This document shows positions 1 to 12,536 of a DNA stretch of 64,000 nucleotides, piece after piece. Source of the stretch: Psammoneis japonica (lineage: Eukaryota); NCBI GenBank assembly GCA_008632985.1, contig QPGO01000106.1, positions 62,001 to 126,000 of the forward strand, in the 5' to 3' direction. The notes beneath the pieces are model-generated. The model worked only from the letters and a program-made list of their open reading frames with translations, was not told where the DNA came from and did not search any database. Both the position numbers and the translations under genes were made by a program. The stretch's first letter is position 1. Each line of letters opens with the position of its first letter.

Positions 1-3000
1 TGGGCACAGGCAGAATCCCACAGGTTGTTGCAGTCAGCACTTCATTGTGAATTGCTGATGACTCCATTTGACAAAACATTCAAAATGGCCCTTTGTGTCT
101 TGTCATTCCATTGCCTGGCCATGCGCGCACCTGCCACGCAAAGACTTTGAGGATTTTATGATGCCTTCTTTTTGCTGCAGCACAACAACGCTTCATGTTT
201 GTGCCCTTTGCACAAGCCCTTGCAATGACTGAAGGCGCGGTTCCAATTGCAACATTGTCACACCACTGCAGCCGCATCTCTGCTGCAGCAGATGGAAAGC
301 AGTCGCACAGCACAGCACAGCACAGCAGTTGGTTGTGAGTGCCTGCCGCAGCCCCGTTTGTTGTCCAACGGTCATCCAAAAATCGACATCCACCAACACC
401 CATCACCTCACAATTTCGAATTTGAGTCAGATCGAACTATCCATTTGTTTTGGTTTGAACGAACAATGAAGCTCTCCTCTTTCAAGACTCTGTTTGACGG
501 GCTCCAGTCCTGGGCGGGACTTTTTGTGACATTGGGCCCGCAGAATTCTACGTGCGAGCTCCGCATTGCGGGAATTTAACCAATGGATGTTTTTGTCTTC
601 AACATCAAACAAACGACCAAGTTTGTGGTGCAATTGTGACCATTGCCACTTGGTGTTTTTGCAAACACGCCTGCCCTGCGCCATTCTTAAGACATTTGCG
701 AATGGCGCAGAAGAAAAAAATGTCAAAAGTTGTTGGACGGATCGCTCAACAAGTGTGCCACAAAATGATGCAAAATTTCACAAAAGTCATGTGCCTTTCT
801 GCGTGCGCAACATGCGGTGCGATCCAAAAAACTGTCGATGTTGCAGTTCAGCAGCACGAGGTCCCACCCAGAGCTGGAACGCGTCATTCACCTTGCTCAG
901 TGCGGTTGCTTTCGCACAGGCCAATGGTGAGCAGACTTCTTTTGATCCCTTGTGCGCGTTCCCAACCCATGGCTGCGGCAGCCACGGTGACTTGTGATGA
1001 CCCATCATGTGGCTCATGCACTTGTGTGGATTCTTTCTTGCATGCCATGGAGATCCTGATGAGTGCTCCAGTGGTCCAAGATGCCCCATTGCCCGCGGCA
1101 ACTCCTGCAGGCGCGGCAGCTCCTGCAGAGGCAGTGGAAGCTCCTCCGGAGGCCGTGGAATGTCAGACGGCAGGCACCAAAGTCATGAGCGCTGGTGGCG
1201 GCAGCCCAGAAGGGATTGAGGAAGGAGCAGGAAAAACAAAGGGTGCTCGGGACAAGCCAGCCAAAAAGGCGGAAAAGAAGGGCGGCAAAGAGGAGAGAAA
1301 AAAGAAGAAGGCCGTCAAGAAAACCATCAAGAAGGCAGTCAAGAAGGCTGTCGCAAAGGTTGCCAAAGTGGCACCCACCACAACAGATGCTGCTGCCAAG
1401 AGGACAGAATGAAAGGAGCATCGCAAAGAACGCAGGAAGTGCAAAAGGTTGGGCTGCACCAAAGCAAGCACCGACGAGGCTTGCATTGCATGCAATCTCA
1501 AATGCTTGAACCGCCAGCTGTCTGTGTTCACAGAGAACAGCGTCTCTAAAAGCACAAAGCTGTGAAAATCTTGTCACAATGAAGTGTGATGAGTGGACTC
1601 ACTCCTGCACCAGCTGGAGCATCAACTCCAGCCTTTCCTTTGTAACTCGAGATGTTCAAGACATGCAGAGGAAAACTGCGGTCTCTCACACAGTTCAGCT
1701 GGACAATTTCAATGATTGCTGCGAGGCAGGCTCGAATTGCCAGTTCGCTGCGGTGACTGCACTCCTTCGAGTTGAGATCAATTGTGTTCTCTTCTCTCGA
1801 AACTGGGGCTGCGGCAGTGGGCTCGACTGCACTTGCTGCTGGGAGGAGCTGAGGCAGCATTTTGTTTGCTGCCCTGTTCAGTTGCACATGTCATCCCTGC
1901 TGACGCTGCGTGCCCAATGGAAACAACTTTGCACGTTGGGAACAACATTGCATTGTGCTCTTCTGTGGCGAACTCTCCACACAAACAAATCGCACGGTGC
2001 GGTCCGTTGTTGAGACAGGTTGCGGTGTTGGACGCTTTCATGTCAAGCGCTGCTTGTTTTGACAGCTCACCACAATGCAAATGAATGGTCAATGACAATG
2101 TTGCTGATTCTTCTTTTTGGCTTCAATTTTGCAGAACCGCTCAAGGTTTGCGGCCACTCAGCCCCCCCCCCCCCATGACTTGCTGTCCCCGGCTTTGTCG
2201 ACCCACCAAAGCCGGCAACCTGGTTGGTTCCCATTGTCATCAAGCACAGCACAATGGTTCCTTCTTGAATGGGAAAGGCCCCACCAATGCTTTGGATGCT
2301 GTTGTGGCTCTGACTCACATGAAACTGTCACTCGGAAAATGCAAAGGAATCCTTTTCCAAAATGCACATGCGATCAATGAGAGAAGTCGTTGGAAGGTTG
2401 TCAATGCAAAAGTTGTTCCATGAAAACTGTTCTTCGAGTGACTTTGGTTTGTTTTTTGGACAATCAAGCAGCCCCTGGCAAAAAGATGAAGCATTCAACT
2501 TTAGAAGTTTGGCCAGCTCCATCTTGTGGCGCAGTGCCCTGGAGGGTTCAAAGGACTTGTTCTTGGCACGGGCACAGGGTGAAATTCCATCCAGCCCTTT
2601 GCGGCGACAGCTCACATGTCGATTGAGCAAAACATTGCACGAGCACTCTTCCATGCCTTTGGGGCTTGTGTTGCCACTGGCCTTGAGAGCCGCAAATGCG
2701 TCAATCTCGTCTCGTGACAAGTTGAGATCAGCACCTGGAGCGGCGTTTAGACACAATTCAGTCATGTCTTTGGCGTGCGGCTCCAGCCTTGACTTTTTAA
2801 ACTCCTTGAGCAATGCTTGCATGATGGATCCAAACAACATTGGGGTTGGATCAATTTGCTTCTTGTCAGATGATGACACGAACGAGTCATGAAAGTCTTG
2901 AATCGGCTCCTTGACAAGGCAGGCAAATCGAGCGCCAAATCTCGGTTCTGTCGAATGTTTGCCGCACAATCTCGCCGTCGCGGACCTTTTGGATTTCCTT

Positions 3001-3230
3001 GTTGGCAAAGCCCACCAATTTTAGAAGAGCTTTTGCCCGAGAAATTGTTGATGTCCCAACAGCACCCTTGTTGCGGGCGCGACGATGATTGCCTTGGTGT
3101 TTTTGTGGGTTGCTGCTGTTTGGTGACCGGGTTGTTGTTTCACCAGCCACTTGAGCATTGTTTGTTGTGCATCTTCACAAGAAGACTCTACATGCTGTCT
3201 TTGATGATGCCAGAATTGTCAACAATCCTG
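1..3230. other. TpA-depleted, hypermutated domain with unidentifiable decayed coding remnants (e.g. 2328..3008 minus; Lys/Ala-rich stretch 1200..1410 plus)
   Basis: TA dinucleotides are rare, and ORFs in all frames are Cys/His-rich and almost Tyr-free. Normal composition returns at about 3230-3330. Confidence 0.75.
496..885. mobile_element. MITE family A (GACGCGTTCCAG-type TIR), eroded copy
   Basis: Reverse-complement homologue of 46210..46598 over its whole length. Ends are GACGGGCTCCAG...CTGGAACGCGTC. Flanks GTTT/ATTC fit an ATTT target duplication after TA editing. Confidence 0.85.
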
Positions 3231-3506
3231 AGATGCTAGTTGTTGACACAGAGTGCATTGGATTCTGCCTCAAATCTGAGCGTCGAAGATGGAAGATGCT
3301 GTGGATCGTTTAGATAGATCATCGGATCATGAATAAATATTTATATTTAAAATTTGCCGCCAACACGAACGCGCGAGCCATGATCAAATTTTCAATTTGA
3401 GACGCGCGTTCAGTGTATTTTCAATTTATTACATTCGGGTATTGGAAGAGTTGTTTGTTGACGGCTTTAGTTGAAGAGATCTGACCAACAAAAAGGGGGA
3501 AATGCC

Positions 3507-4782
3507 ATGTTGGGTTGTCGTGCATCGTCGTCGATAAACAGATGTAGACTTGTGGGAAGAAAGTTAGCAACACAAACAGCAGTACGATGCTTTTCGCAAA
3601 AGAAAACAACAACCTTATCTCTGACATCGTCCAAACGTCACGGCCACTTGATTACCATGGTGACGGCGTATGATTTTCCATCGGCTGTTCACGTTGCACG
3701 AGCGGGCATTGATATGATTTTGGTGGGTGATTCACTGGGCATGGTGGAGTTGGGCTACGAAACGACCCAACCCGTCACGTTGGAAGCCATGCTCCATCAT
3801 TGTGCCGCCGTCAAACGAGGAGTCGAGTATGGAAGCAGTACAGCCAAGAAACAATACAGTGTTCCACTGTTGGTGGGTGATATGCCGTATGGGACGTATG
3901 AATACAGTGATACCGATGTGGCTTTACGAAATGCGTATCGATTCATCAAGGAAGCAGGCATGGATGCTGTGAAACTAGAGGTGAGATGGTTTAGTGTGTG
4001 CAGTAGTTGCCAACAAGTGAAAAGATCGAGAAAGGCATCCGTTCATTTTTTTCTTTTTGGTGACCTACTTGCAGGGAGGAAGTGAGGCACGGTCGAATAC
4101 GGTAAAGAAGCTAGTTGAAGGCGGAGGTAAGTCTGACACTGGAAACTGATCTTCGTTCATGCACAATCGGTTCATTCTATTTTTAAATTTTCGCCCATTG
4201 TGAATACTAGTTGCTGTCATGGGTCACGTCGGCTTGACACCACAGGCCATTAGTGTCATTGGGGGATTCCGTGCTCAGGGTCGGACTGCCACTCGCGCTC
4301 GAGAGCTCCTGGATGAAGCCCTCCGGCTACAGGATGCCGGTGTCTTTTCTCTGGTATTGGAATGCGTTCCCGCTCATGTAGCCACCGCCATTTCGAAAGC
4401 TTTGGAAATTCCAACCATTGGTATCGGTGCCGGTGGTGGCACGTCGGGACAAGTGTTGGTCTATCACGATTTGTTGGGCATGTTGTCGCACCCACACCAC
4501 GAGGAGTTTGTTCCTAAATTTTGCAAACGCTACGCTCATGTTGGGCACGAAATACAAGACGGTCTGCTGGATTTCAAACATCAAGTACAAAGTGGAGAAT
4601 TTCCGGGCGACGAGTATTCGCCGTATCGCATGACGGAAAAGGAACAAGCTATATTTGATGAATTGCTCGCCGAGGATGCGGTAGATATTGAACGAAAGCA
4701 CCAGGAAGCGTCGTTGAAACTCACGCAGGCGGATGAATACGAACAACTTAGTCTTTATGGGACAGTCAATGACGACACTTAG
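3507..4782 (+). CDS. panB: 3-methyl-2-oxobutanoate hydroxymethyltransferase (ketopantoate hydroxymethyltransferase), probable mitochondrial presequence; exons 3507-3980, 4075-4126, 4211-4782
   Basis: Motifs [40 protein letters not shown] and [12 protein letters not shown] introns 3981-4074 and 4127-4210 restore the frame. Confidence 0.95.
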
Positions 4783-5002
4783 AAGACGAGAACAAAATGG
4801 CAAACTATAGTGGAAGTAGCTTTCTCTCTCTAGATAATTAATTGTAATTGCCAGGGGAACAGCTACGAATGGATATCGAAGGATTCAGCATAGCTCTGAT
4901 ATTCTGTTCCCGGACAAAGAAACGCCAGTTCATTCTCAGTGTCATGGTGCAACTTTCTCAGTTCACGTTTCATTGTAAGCTCTAGCAAAACAGAAAAAAA
5001 CT

Positions 5003-6845
5003 TCAAGCTGTTTCAGCAGCTTCACCCTTGAGCACTTTCCATACACCCGTTTTGCTCTTGTAGCGCAAAACTCCGGTAACGACTTGTGTCCCCATAAAAG
5101 CCGCCAAGGCCCACCATATTTTGCCCAAACTCATGATTCCTCGGTTGGAAAATGCCCGGATCAATAGTACGCATGCAAAATTTGCCAACCACATGGCACC
5201 CATGGTGAATTTCCAATCGAGGCCGCCCATGATTATGCCATTCACGGGATAGGCGAGACCTTTCAACATAGTAGAGGCAAGGCCAGCATTATAAAAATGT
5301 GAGAATGAATCAATCCAACATCAACAAAAACCACTCAAAACATTCTCTATTGTACCTTGTGTGACCAATACAACAGGAAAAATGGATGCCGCCGCCTCTC
5401 GTATATCAAGATTGGTCGTCAAACCTCGCAAGACGGAATCGCGTTGCAAATACGTTGTGAGCGACAGACACGTTGCGACACCACCTCCCACCAAGATGGA
5501 AAAGTCGATTAAATGTTGAACCGACTGGGCCCGTACCGATGGGGAATGTGATTTGGTGTCGGCAATTTCTCGACTATAGCAAAAGAAAACGCAATGTGAA
5601 ATATGAGTCGAAAGTCTTTTTGACAACAAACACATCCATCGACAAAAAAAACATCCGTAGTACTCACGCCAAGAGTGTCTGGACGGCAACAGCCACGGCT
5701 TCACAAATTTGCGTTGTTGCAAATCCCAATTGAAATGTCAAATTGTACGCTGCCGCCGCCACAGACCCCAACAACGCCGCTTCTCGGGCACAAACACTAT
5801 ACGCCAAGACTTTGCCAAAGGTTCGAAACAGCACATATCCACCGGCTTCCAGATAAGCCTTGAGAGATTTACCCAAATCTTTGAGTTGTCCCAATATATC
5901 AATGTGTACCTTGCGATTCAAGGCCGCCAAGAGTGGAACAAGAGCCACGTATTGTGCCAATGCCGTTCCCGCCGCAGCTCCCGAAGCACCAAAATGCAAT
6001 TTGAAAATAAAAATGGGATCGAGAATGGCATTGAGACCCGTAAAAAAGAGTGAATAAATAAGTGGTGTACGAGTATCACCGAGTCCACGAAAGACACCAT
6101 TGGTCACGAGCCACAGGGTCGCGGCGGGCGTTCCCAAGGCTCGGACGCGAAGATAGGATACGGCCGAGTACCACATGGACGATGTCGCTTGGACTCCCAT
6201 TCCTCGAATAATACCAGTAGCAAGCAGAGAATAAATTACCAATTGAACAATCCCGACAATGGCAGCCAACAAGAGCGCGGAAGACACTGCCACGGACAAT
6301 TCCTTTTTAGCATCCGCTTCATCCATGTCGTTATTGCTTCCTCGTGCTTTGCCATCTTGCGACGCCACGAGCGAAATGCTCGTTCGCAACAGGGGATCAT
6401 TGTAAAGTTTGGACACGGCGTATTGTGCCGAAATGGCAACACCGGCACCTCCCAAGACTTCGGGTCCGAGTCGTCCCAAATACGCCGTGTCGACGAGGGA
6501 TGCCAACGGCTCGGCTGCCAACTGAACAAAGGCAGGAACGCCAATGGAAAGGAATTCTCTGCTGAGTTTCTTTTTCAATTGCTTGACTTTTTTCTTTTCG
6601 TCATTATTATCTTTGTCGTCATTGTTTGCACTGCGCAATGTAGCTGGTGGCTGTGAGATTTTGTTTTGCCTTGTCAAAGTAGCACGTCGTGCAGGTGATG
6701 CCGTTCTCGTCAAAAAGGCCGCGTGAGGGTTGCGATTGATTCGAGTTGCTGTCGTTCGTGGAGATTGCAAAAAGCCGTTCGTAACAATGAATAACTCACA
6801 AAGAGCAAATGTACAAGCACAAATGATGCTGCCAAGTCTTCTCAT
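5003..6845 (-). CDS. MATE (DinF/DTX-type) efflux transporter, probably plastid-targeted; two introns near 5574-5667 and ~5270-5355
   Basis: AEPLASLVDTAYLGRLG, GVFRGLGDTRTP, LNAILDPIFIF..GASGAAAGT. N-terminal signal peptide followed by GF and a transit-like region. Confidence 0.9.
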
Positions 6846-7196
6846 ACTTCTTTTTGTTCGTTGTAGCAAAAGCAATTAGGCTAAAAGTTTATCACAGAAG
6901 CGGTGTGTGATGGTGCGAGCGGTGCAGTTGTTATGAGGATCGGAATGTGAGACGCATGAAAACCGCACGAACCACGTATGTGCTCGAAACCCGGAAAAGC
7001 GCGACCACGAACCACGACTGATACTCATTACTGGCTTTTCGGCATTTTGGATTTTGCAACACATTATTATTTTGGATTTCTTTCACTGTATACTTCGCGT
7101 ATCCTGCGCAAAAGATATAATAGCATCTGTCATTCTTTGGAAGAACCGCAAGAGCTGCAATTCGAAGCCAACTAAAAATCGTCTTTCCTCACCAGC

Positions 7197-7796
7197 ATGA
7201 AATTCATTAGATTCGTTGACATTCTTGCTCTGCTTGTCGCTTCTCTATCTTGGGCTTCAGCCTCAACGGCGAACCTTTGGTTACATGACGACAAGCCGGC
7301 CGACGACAATGTAGCAGCTCCTGAAACAACGACGGAAGTAGTTCATGTCGAAAGCGCTGTAAATCAGCAGCAGCAGGTATGTTTCTCTCTCTCTCTCTTT
7401 TAATAGTGTTGTAAAAAGCATCAGTTCTATACACGCATTCGCCATCTTGTTATTGCTGACCCGTTTCCCTCGTTTGGTGATGCTCAGCGCGAGTTAGGAG
7501 GAGGAGGACGCGGTCGTGGTGGCCGTGGTCGTGGTCGTGGTGGAAGGGGCCGAGGTCTACGAGAGAGGCAGCTTCGCAGTCAGGCAGTAGGCGACCGAGA
7601 CGAGTTAAGCGGGCGCGGTCGCGGTGGTCGTGGTCGTGGACGTGGTCGTGGTCGTGGTGGACGCGGTGGAAGGGGCGGAGGAGGAGAGAGGCAGCTTCGT
7701 GGTGGCAGCATCATGGGATACGAGGACGTTGTGGTTGTGGAGACCGAGGCGGTCCCCGGGAAGGACGTGGATGCTTCCATTAATGCTTTTAGTTAG
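7197..7796 (+). CDS. Secreted Gly/Arg-rich repeat protein with RXL motifs; exons 7197-7376, 7488-7796
   Basis: Signal peptide MKFIRFVDILALLVASLSWASA. GT-AG intron 7377-7487. Exon 2 reads REL-GGGGRGRGGRGRGRGGRGRGLRE-RQL-RSQAVGDRDEL-SGRGRGG...GGGGE-RQL-RGGSIMGYEDV...AFS*. Confidence 0.75.
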
Positions 7797-8508
7797 TAGC
7801 TTTGTCCTGTTCCGTTCGCAAGTAAACTCTAGTCAAACAAGTTAAGTGGCAGCTTACACGAATACCCTCGAAAATAGCATTTCTCCAAAAATGGTCAGCG
7901 TCGTTCCCAGCCGGCCGCTATTCGACGATCACAGTCGATCAGCGCAACAACAAGAATCGGGGAACTGTTACGGTCCCTCCCTGCAAATCTGCTTTCGTTG
8001 CCAGAGCCGAGTCCCGAAAGTATCCCTTTCCAGCCCAAGACCCATGCTCCAGTTGTTCGCCTGTGACGCTCGTCATGTTATTGGTATAACGGTGCGACAC
8101 AGTCACCGCACTACAACCTCGTATATTTTCTACTTTGTGCTGCAAGCGTTTTTAAGCTATTGGCTTTGATGCCATTCGCTACTGGGTATACTGATGCTCT
8201 GAGTAGCGCATCGGTGGGGCTATTGATAGTGGCGGGAGTTTTTCAAAAAATCTTGTTTTAGAAGAACATTTATAGATATTTTGTTTACAGACATCATCAG
8301 AGGTTACAAACACAATGCAGCATGGTTTTTCACTAGGGAGACTTTCTAGCGCGTCACATTAGAATGTGTGAGTGGTGCCTCTTGCATCTTGCATCACCTG
8401 TCTGTCTCTGACTTGGCCGAGAGGATTCCCACTAATCCCCAAGACCGTGAATTGCCCTCACGCCTCACTAAGAAACTCAGTCGCTGTAAAATTACGCCAC
8501 AAGCATAT

Positions 8509-9759
8509 TTATTGCAAAAACAAAAATGATAGAAATGCTGCGCTCAATGGCACACTCCAATTGTCATCCGCCACTGGAACCAATTCAACGGCGGTACACG
8601 CCGCCATGATTCCCGCAATAGTACCAATTGGCACTGCCATTTCTATACTCCCACACGCTTGTAACCACGACAGTAATCCAACCGCACATATTGTGGATGC
8701 CACGAAAAACGCAAACGACCCCGCCATGGATTTGTCCGACGCAAACGGCCACTTGTTGGATTTACCAAACCGTCTCCCCACCAAGTCCGCCATGCCGTCA
8801 CCTGCCGCCATGGCGGATAACGCCATGATGCCGACGGGAGAGTCTCTCCAAAAGGCAATGAGACAACCAAAGAGAATCACGACATAGATAAAGGGTCCAC
8901 CCAAGGCCTCCTTGGTATCGCCACTTCTCGACACGGCATTTGCCAATTCCGATTCATCTAATATTGTGTTGTTATTGTTGAAAAATCGTGAAAGACGAGA
9001 CCAAAAATAGCACCATTTCATCCATTTCTTGTGACTCACCTCCACCAATACCGCTGCTTCCCGCAATGTACAGTCGTATACCATTCATGAGTGGGACAAT
9101 GGCTGCAAAATACCGTGCTCCGTCCAAGGACGAAAAGACGGGCCAAAACAATATAAAGAGAGGTGCCGACAGGGTATGAATGATTTTACGTGAATCACGA
9201 GGTTGCAATATATTTTGGGAGGCTAGATACGTGCACGCCTTGACAAAGGCGCGCCCAAGGCACCCGTTAAGAAAAAGCAACCGACATCGCGCAAAATCAA
9301 AGAATCCGTATAATCCCATCCAAACACATTGAATTTGGCCGCAACGGATACTCCCGTCAGTACTCCGAGTCCTGTGATTAACGCAAGTGATTTGGAACTT
9401 TTTCGATTTGACAACGACTGTTCTTCTTCTTGTTCGAATGCCTCTGCCTTTTGTGTCACGCTTGACGAGGTGGATGACTGATTTCGTTCTTGCAATGAAA
9501 CTATTCCATTTTTACGTTCCACAACACCCAGTTCTGAGGATGAGGATGATGAGTTTGGCTCTCGCTCAAGAACAGCACGGTTGATGATTCTTCCCTTGGT
9601 TTTTCGGTAGTGGACGGGAGACCGTATGGGCAAAGAAGAAGAAGAAGCATCGGGTGAAATCAAAAACGCATCCGCCAAAAGATGTATTTTTTCATCATGA
9701 TGATAATTCAGTGATGTCACAAAAAGGATTGTGAGTTGGGCCAGTTTATAGCATAACAT
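8509..9759 (-). CDS. Phytol/farnesol kinase family (VTE5-like), with an intron (~8959-9038) and one apparent frameshift near 9250
   Basis: SRKIIHTLSAPLF, ELANAVSRSGD..EALGGPFIY, AAGDGMADLVGRRFG, KSMAGS, DDNWSVP. Confidence 0.88.
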
Positions 9760-10029
9760 ATTGCTGTGTTATTATTTCAACCACGAGTAGATAAGCAACC
9801 AACTTTTAGCAGCAACAGCAACAACCGACAACAAGAAGCGAGAGGAGTCGTTATTTTGTGGACGTTCAACGTGATGGCCGTGATGGATGGCTGACGCGGT
9901 CATTCGGCGGCAAGTTTGCGCGCGAAAAAATGTGTCAAAAATCTGACGTCACTGCCAGATCGGCCGTGTCAAGTTTTTTGGTCGCGGATGATCTTTTGTG
10001 TCGTGCTTCAACTATGGAAAGCCCGCTTG

Positions 10030-11760
10030 TTGTACAGTGAGATGTTTGCTCCTCGTTGAAAACTGCCACTTGTCTCTTTTTTCAATGGCCACTCAACTTT
10101 CAAGAATAATCATGCTGCACATCATGTTCTCATAAAATGTGCTCTTTGCTGATTTGTTGCCCAACTTCTTCTTCCGTTTTCTTCAGTGCTGGGGCTTTTG
10201 TGCGCACCTGCCAGCCAGCGCCCAACTTGTGCGAGAGCACCGGCACAAATCCACATGAGAGCCTGTTGCAGTGCATGGCAAAGATGGGACAAACTCAGGA
10301 GCACCATTTTTAAAGCTTCAAGCAGGGCAGGGCTTGAAGAGGGGGGCAAGCAAGATGTGAGAGAGATGAGGGAGCACAGGAACTTTTGCCAATGGAGAAC
10401 AAAAAAAAAACACTTTGTCAAAAAGAGCACTCTTGCAAGGTGGTCATCAAGATCACAGTTTGGCAACCTTGGTGGTGCATGCTGTCCTGCTGTGCTGTGG
10501 TCTGGGCACTGGAGCAAGAGCAGAGCAGTGTGCCTCTCCAAAAAAACACACTCAAATGTGTGTGCAGGCTCCTCCATCACACACCCCATGGTTGGCTGAC
10601 ACTGAAGAACATTTTTTCCAGTGACTGGCCTCTTGGCAATGTGCAATGTGACACTTGAATGGAACAATGATGACTCTCTCAGAGCTGCACAAAACATTGC
10701 GTTTGTGCTGGAGCATCTTTGATGATTGAGTGCTCAGAACGTTTTGTCTTTTCTCTTGGGCGCTCAATTGAAAAAGTCAACTGACACAACAACAACAACA
10801 ACAACAACAACCTGCCAGCAGGCCATCCTCCACAACTGTTTTGCTCTCACGTTCTTTTGCCATGCTTGCCAACCGATGAGACGCTGCCGTTGAATGCTCC
10901 GTGCTTGTGCCCCTCGACAGTTGATGGACAATTGGTGGTTTGTTGTTTGTTTGTTGCACATGTTCTCTTCTGTCAAACTTTTCTCTCCTCTCTTCATGCC
11001 TCTTTGACATGTTTTTTTTTGTTGGCAACTGGAGACTGCTCACTGGGGGGGGGGGGGGGTGACAGCCGACCGAGTTGTGAGTCACGAGTCATGCGCACCT
11101 GTGACGTGGTTCACAGCTGCACACCCAGAAGACAGACATTGGAACAAATGGGTTGCAGAGGATCTCATTGGATCTCTCTTCCACTCACTTTCTTTCTGAC
11201 TGGCACTGTGTTGTCATCACTGTCCCAGCACGTGTCAGATTGTGCAGGCAAACCCTCTGTCTGTCACTTGGAGGAGGAGACGAGACGAGCACACAAGCAA
11301 AACAACAAGGGCAGCAAGTGGTGTGGCAGCAGAAAACTCCATCCAGGACCTTTCATCTTTGGGCATGTGTCAATGGAAAATGAAAAAAAAGCTGGTCCTC
11401 AAAATCAGTTTGGCAAAACCTTGGCATGCTGCCCTGCTGCTTTGCAAAGTGCGGTGCTTGAGGAGCAAGAGAGCCCCCCTCCCAAAAAAAAAAAAAACAC
11501 TCAAAAACGTGTGCAGGCGTTGCAAGGGCTGGCTCTTTTGTTCATGTTGGAGTTTCCTGCATCGCATGTTGTCACAAAAAAACACACTCAAACATGTGCA
11601 GGCGTTGCAAGGGCTGGCTCTTTTGTTCATGTTAGAGTTTCCTGCATCGCATGTTGTCACGGTTGGTTCACACTGAAGAACATTGTCTGTTCTCCTTGGC
11701 ATCAATCTCGGCAATGCGCCACGCGAAACTCGAACGGAACGTCATTGTGTGCAGGTGCTG
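10030..11760. repeat. TpA-depleted repetitive block with an internal duplication (~10330-10700 vs ~11290-11760) and a ~85-bp tandem pair (11490-11660)
   Basis: Shared strings GGTTGG(C/T)T(G/C)ACACTGAAGAACATT and AAAACAC(AC)TCAAA. GTGCAGGCGTTGCAAGGGCTGGCTCTTTTGTTCATGTT occurs twice in tandem. Confidence 0.7.
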
Positions 11761-12169
11761 TAGAATGTCTCTAACAATTTTGATTGTTCGGAGCAGTTTG
11801 TCTCATGCCTTGGATGCTTAATTGAAAAGTCTTGTGACATTTGTCAATGCTGCAATGACCTGCTGGTGGGTCATCCCCCACAATTTCAATTGTTTTCTCT
11901 GCTCTCACACATTGTTTCGCATTTTGCGCTTCGCATTTGCACCAACAATCAAGAATGCAATGGTTGGAGGCGACACACAAAAAACAAAACGATTGAGCAT
12001 GCTCTTTTTTAAAGATCGAAAACTCTTGCTTGGTGTGGTCCTGTCCACGTCATTTTCTCAGGGCCATGTTTTTCGAGGAAATGGCGCAAGTCCAAAAAAC
12101 GAGGGTGGTGTCCACAACATAGATGCAAACGCTGCCCGCAACGTCTTGTCGCGAAAAACAGAGCTCACA

Positions 12170-12536
12170 TGCACTGTGCTCGAAGAACGAGTGTAAACGA
12201 AAGTAGAACAGTGTACGAAAAGTGGAAATTATGAGATTAAATTTTGCTCTGTGATTTTTGGTTTCTCCGAACGAGTTCTCAATGGCCCAAAGCTTCTGTG
12301 CTGCTTCTACAGACAAAAGGCCTTTCGGAGAATATGTTCGTGACAACAGATTGTCCGGATGCGATTGCCATTGACACGCAAGATGTCAACATCGTCAATC
12401 GATCGTATTTGCAATTCTCGACATCCGATCAACTCTGTGTGATCGTTCTGTCCTTTGTGCGCATCCACGACTGTGGTGCGATTGACGTGCAAACAATGTG
12501 CAATCACAAACATGTGTGCAACAGTCGCACACTGCA
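12170..12536 (-). repeat. 3' LTR of the Gypsy element
   Basis: Direct repeat of 16494-16860, TGCAC...CTGCA, adjacent to the PPT. Confidence 0.95.

Noticed and set aside
552..1412. Histone H1-like gene (KKAVKK repeats)
   Set aside because: No globular H15 domain, the ORF begins inside a MITE, and it lies in stop-depleted eroded DNA.
10857..11774. Long Cys-rich ORFs (also 41224-42144) as metal-binding proteins
   Set aside because: By-products of TA loss in repeats, with no recognisable domain.
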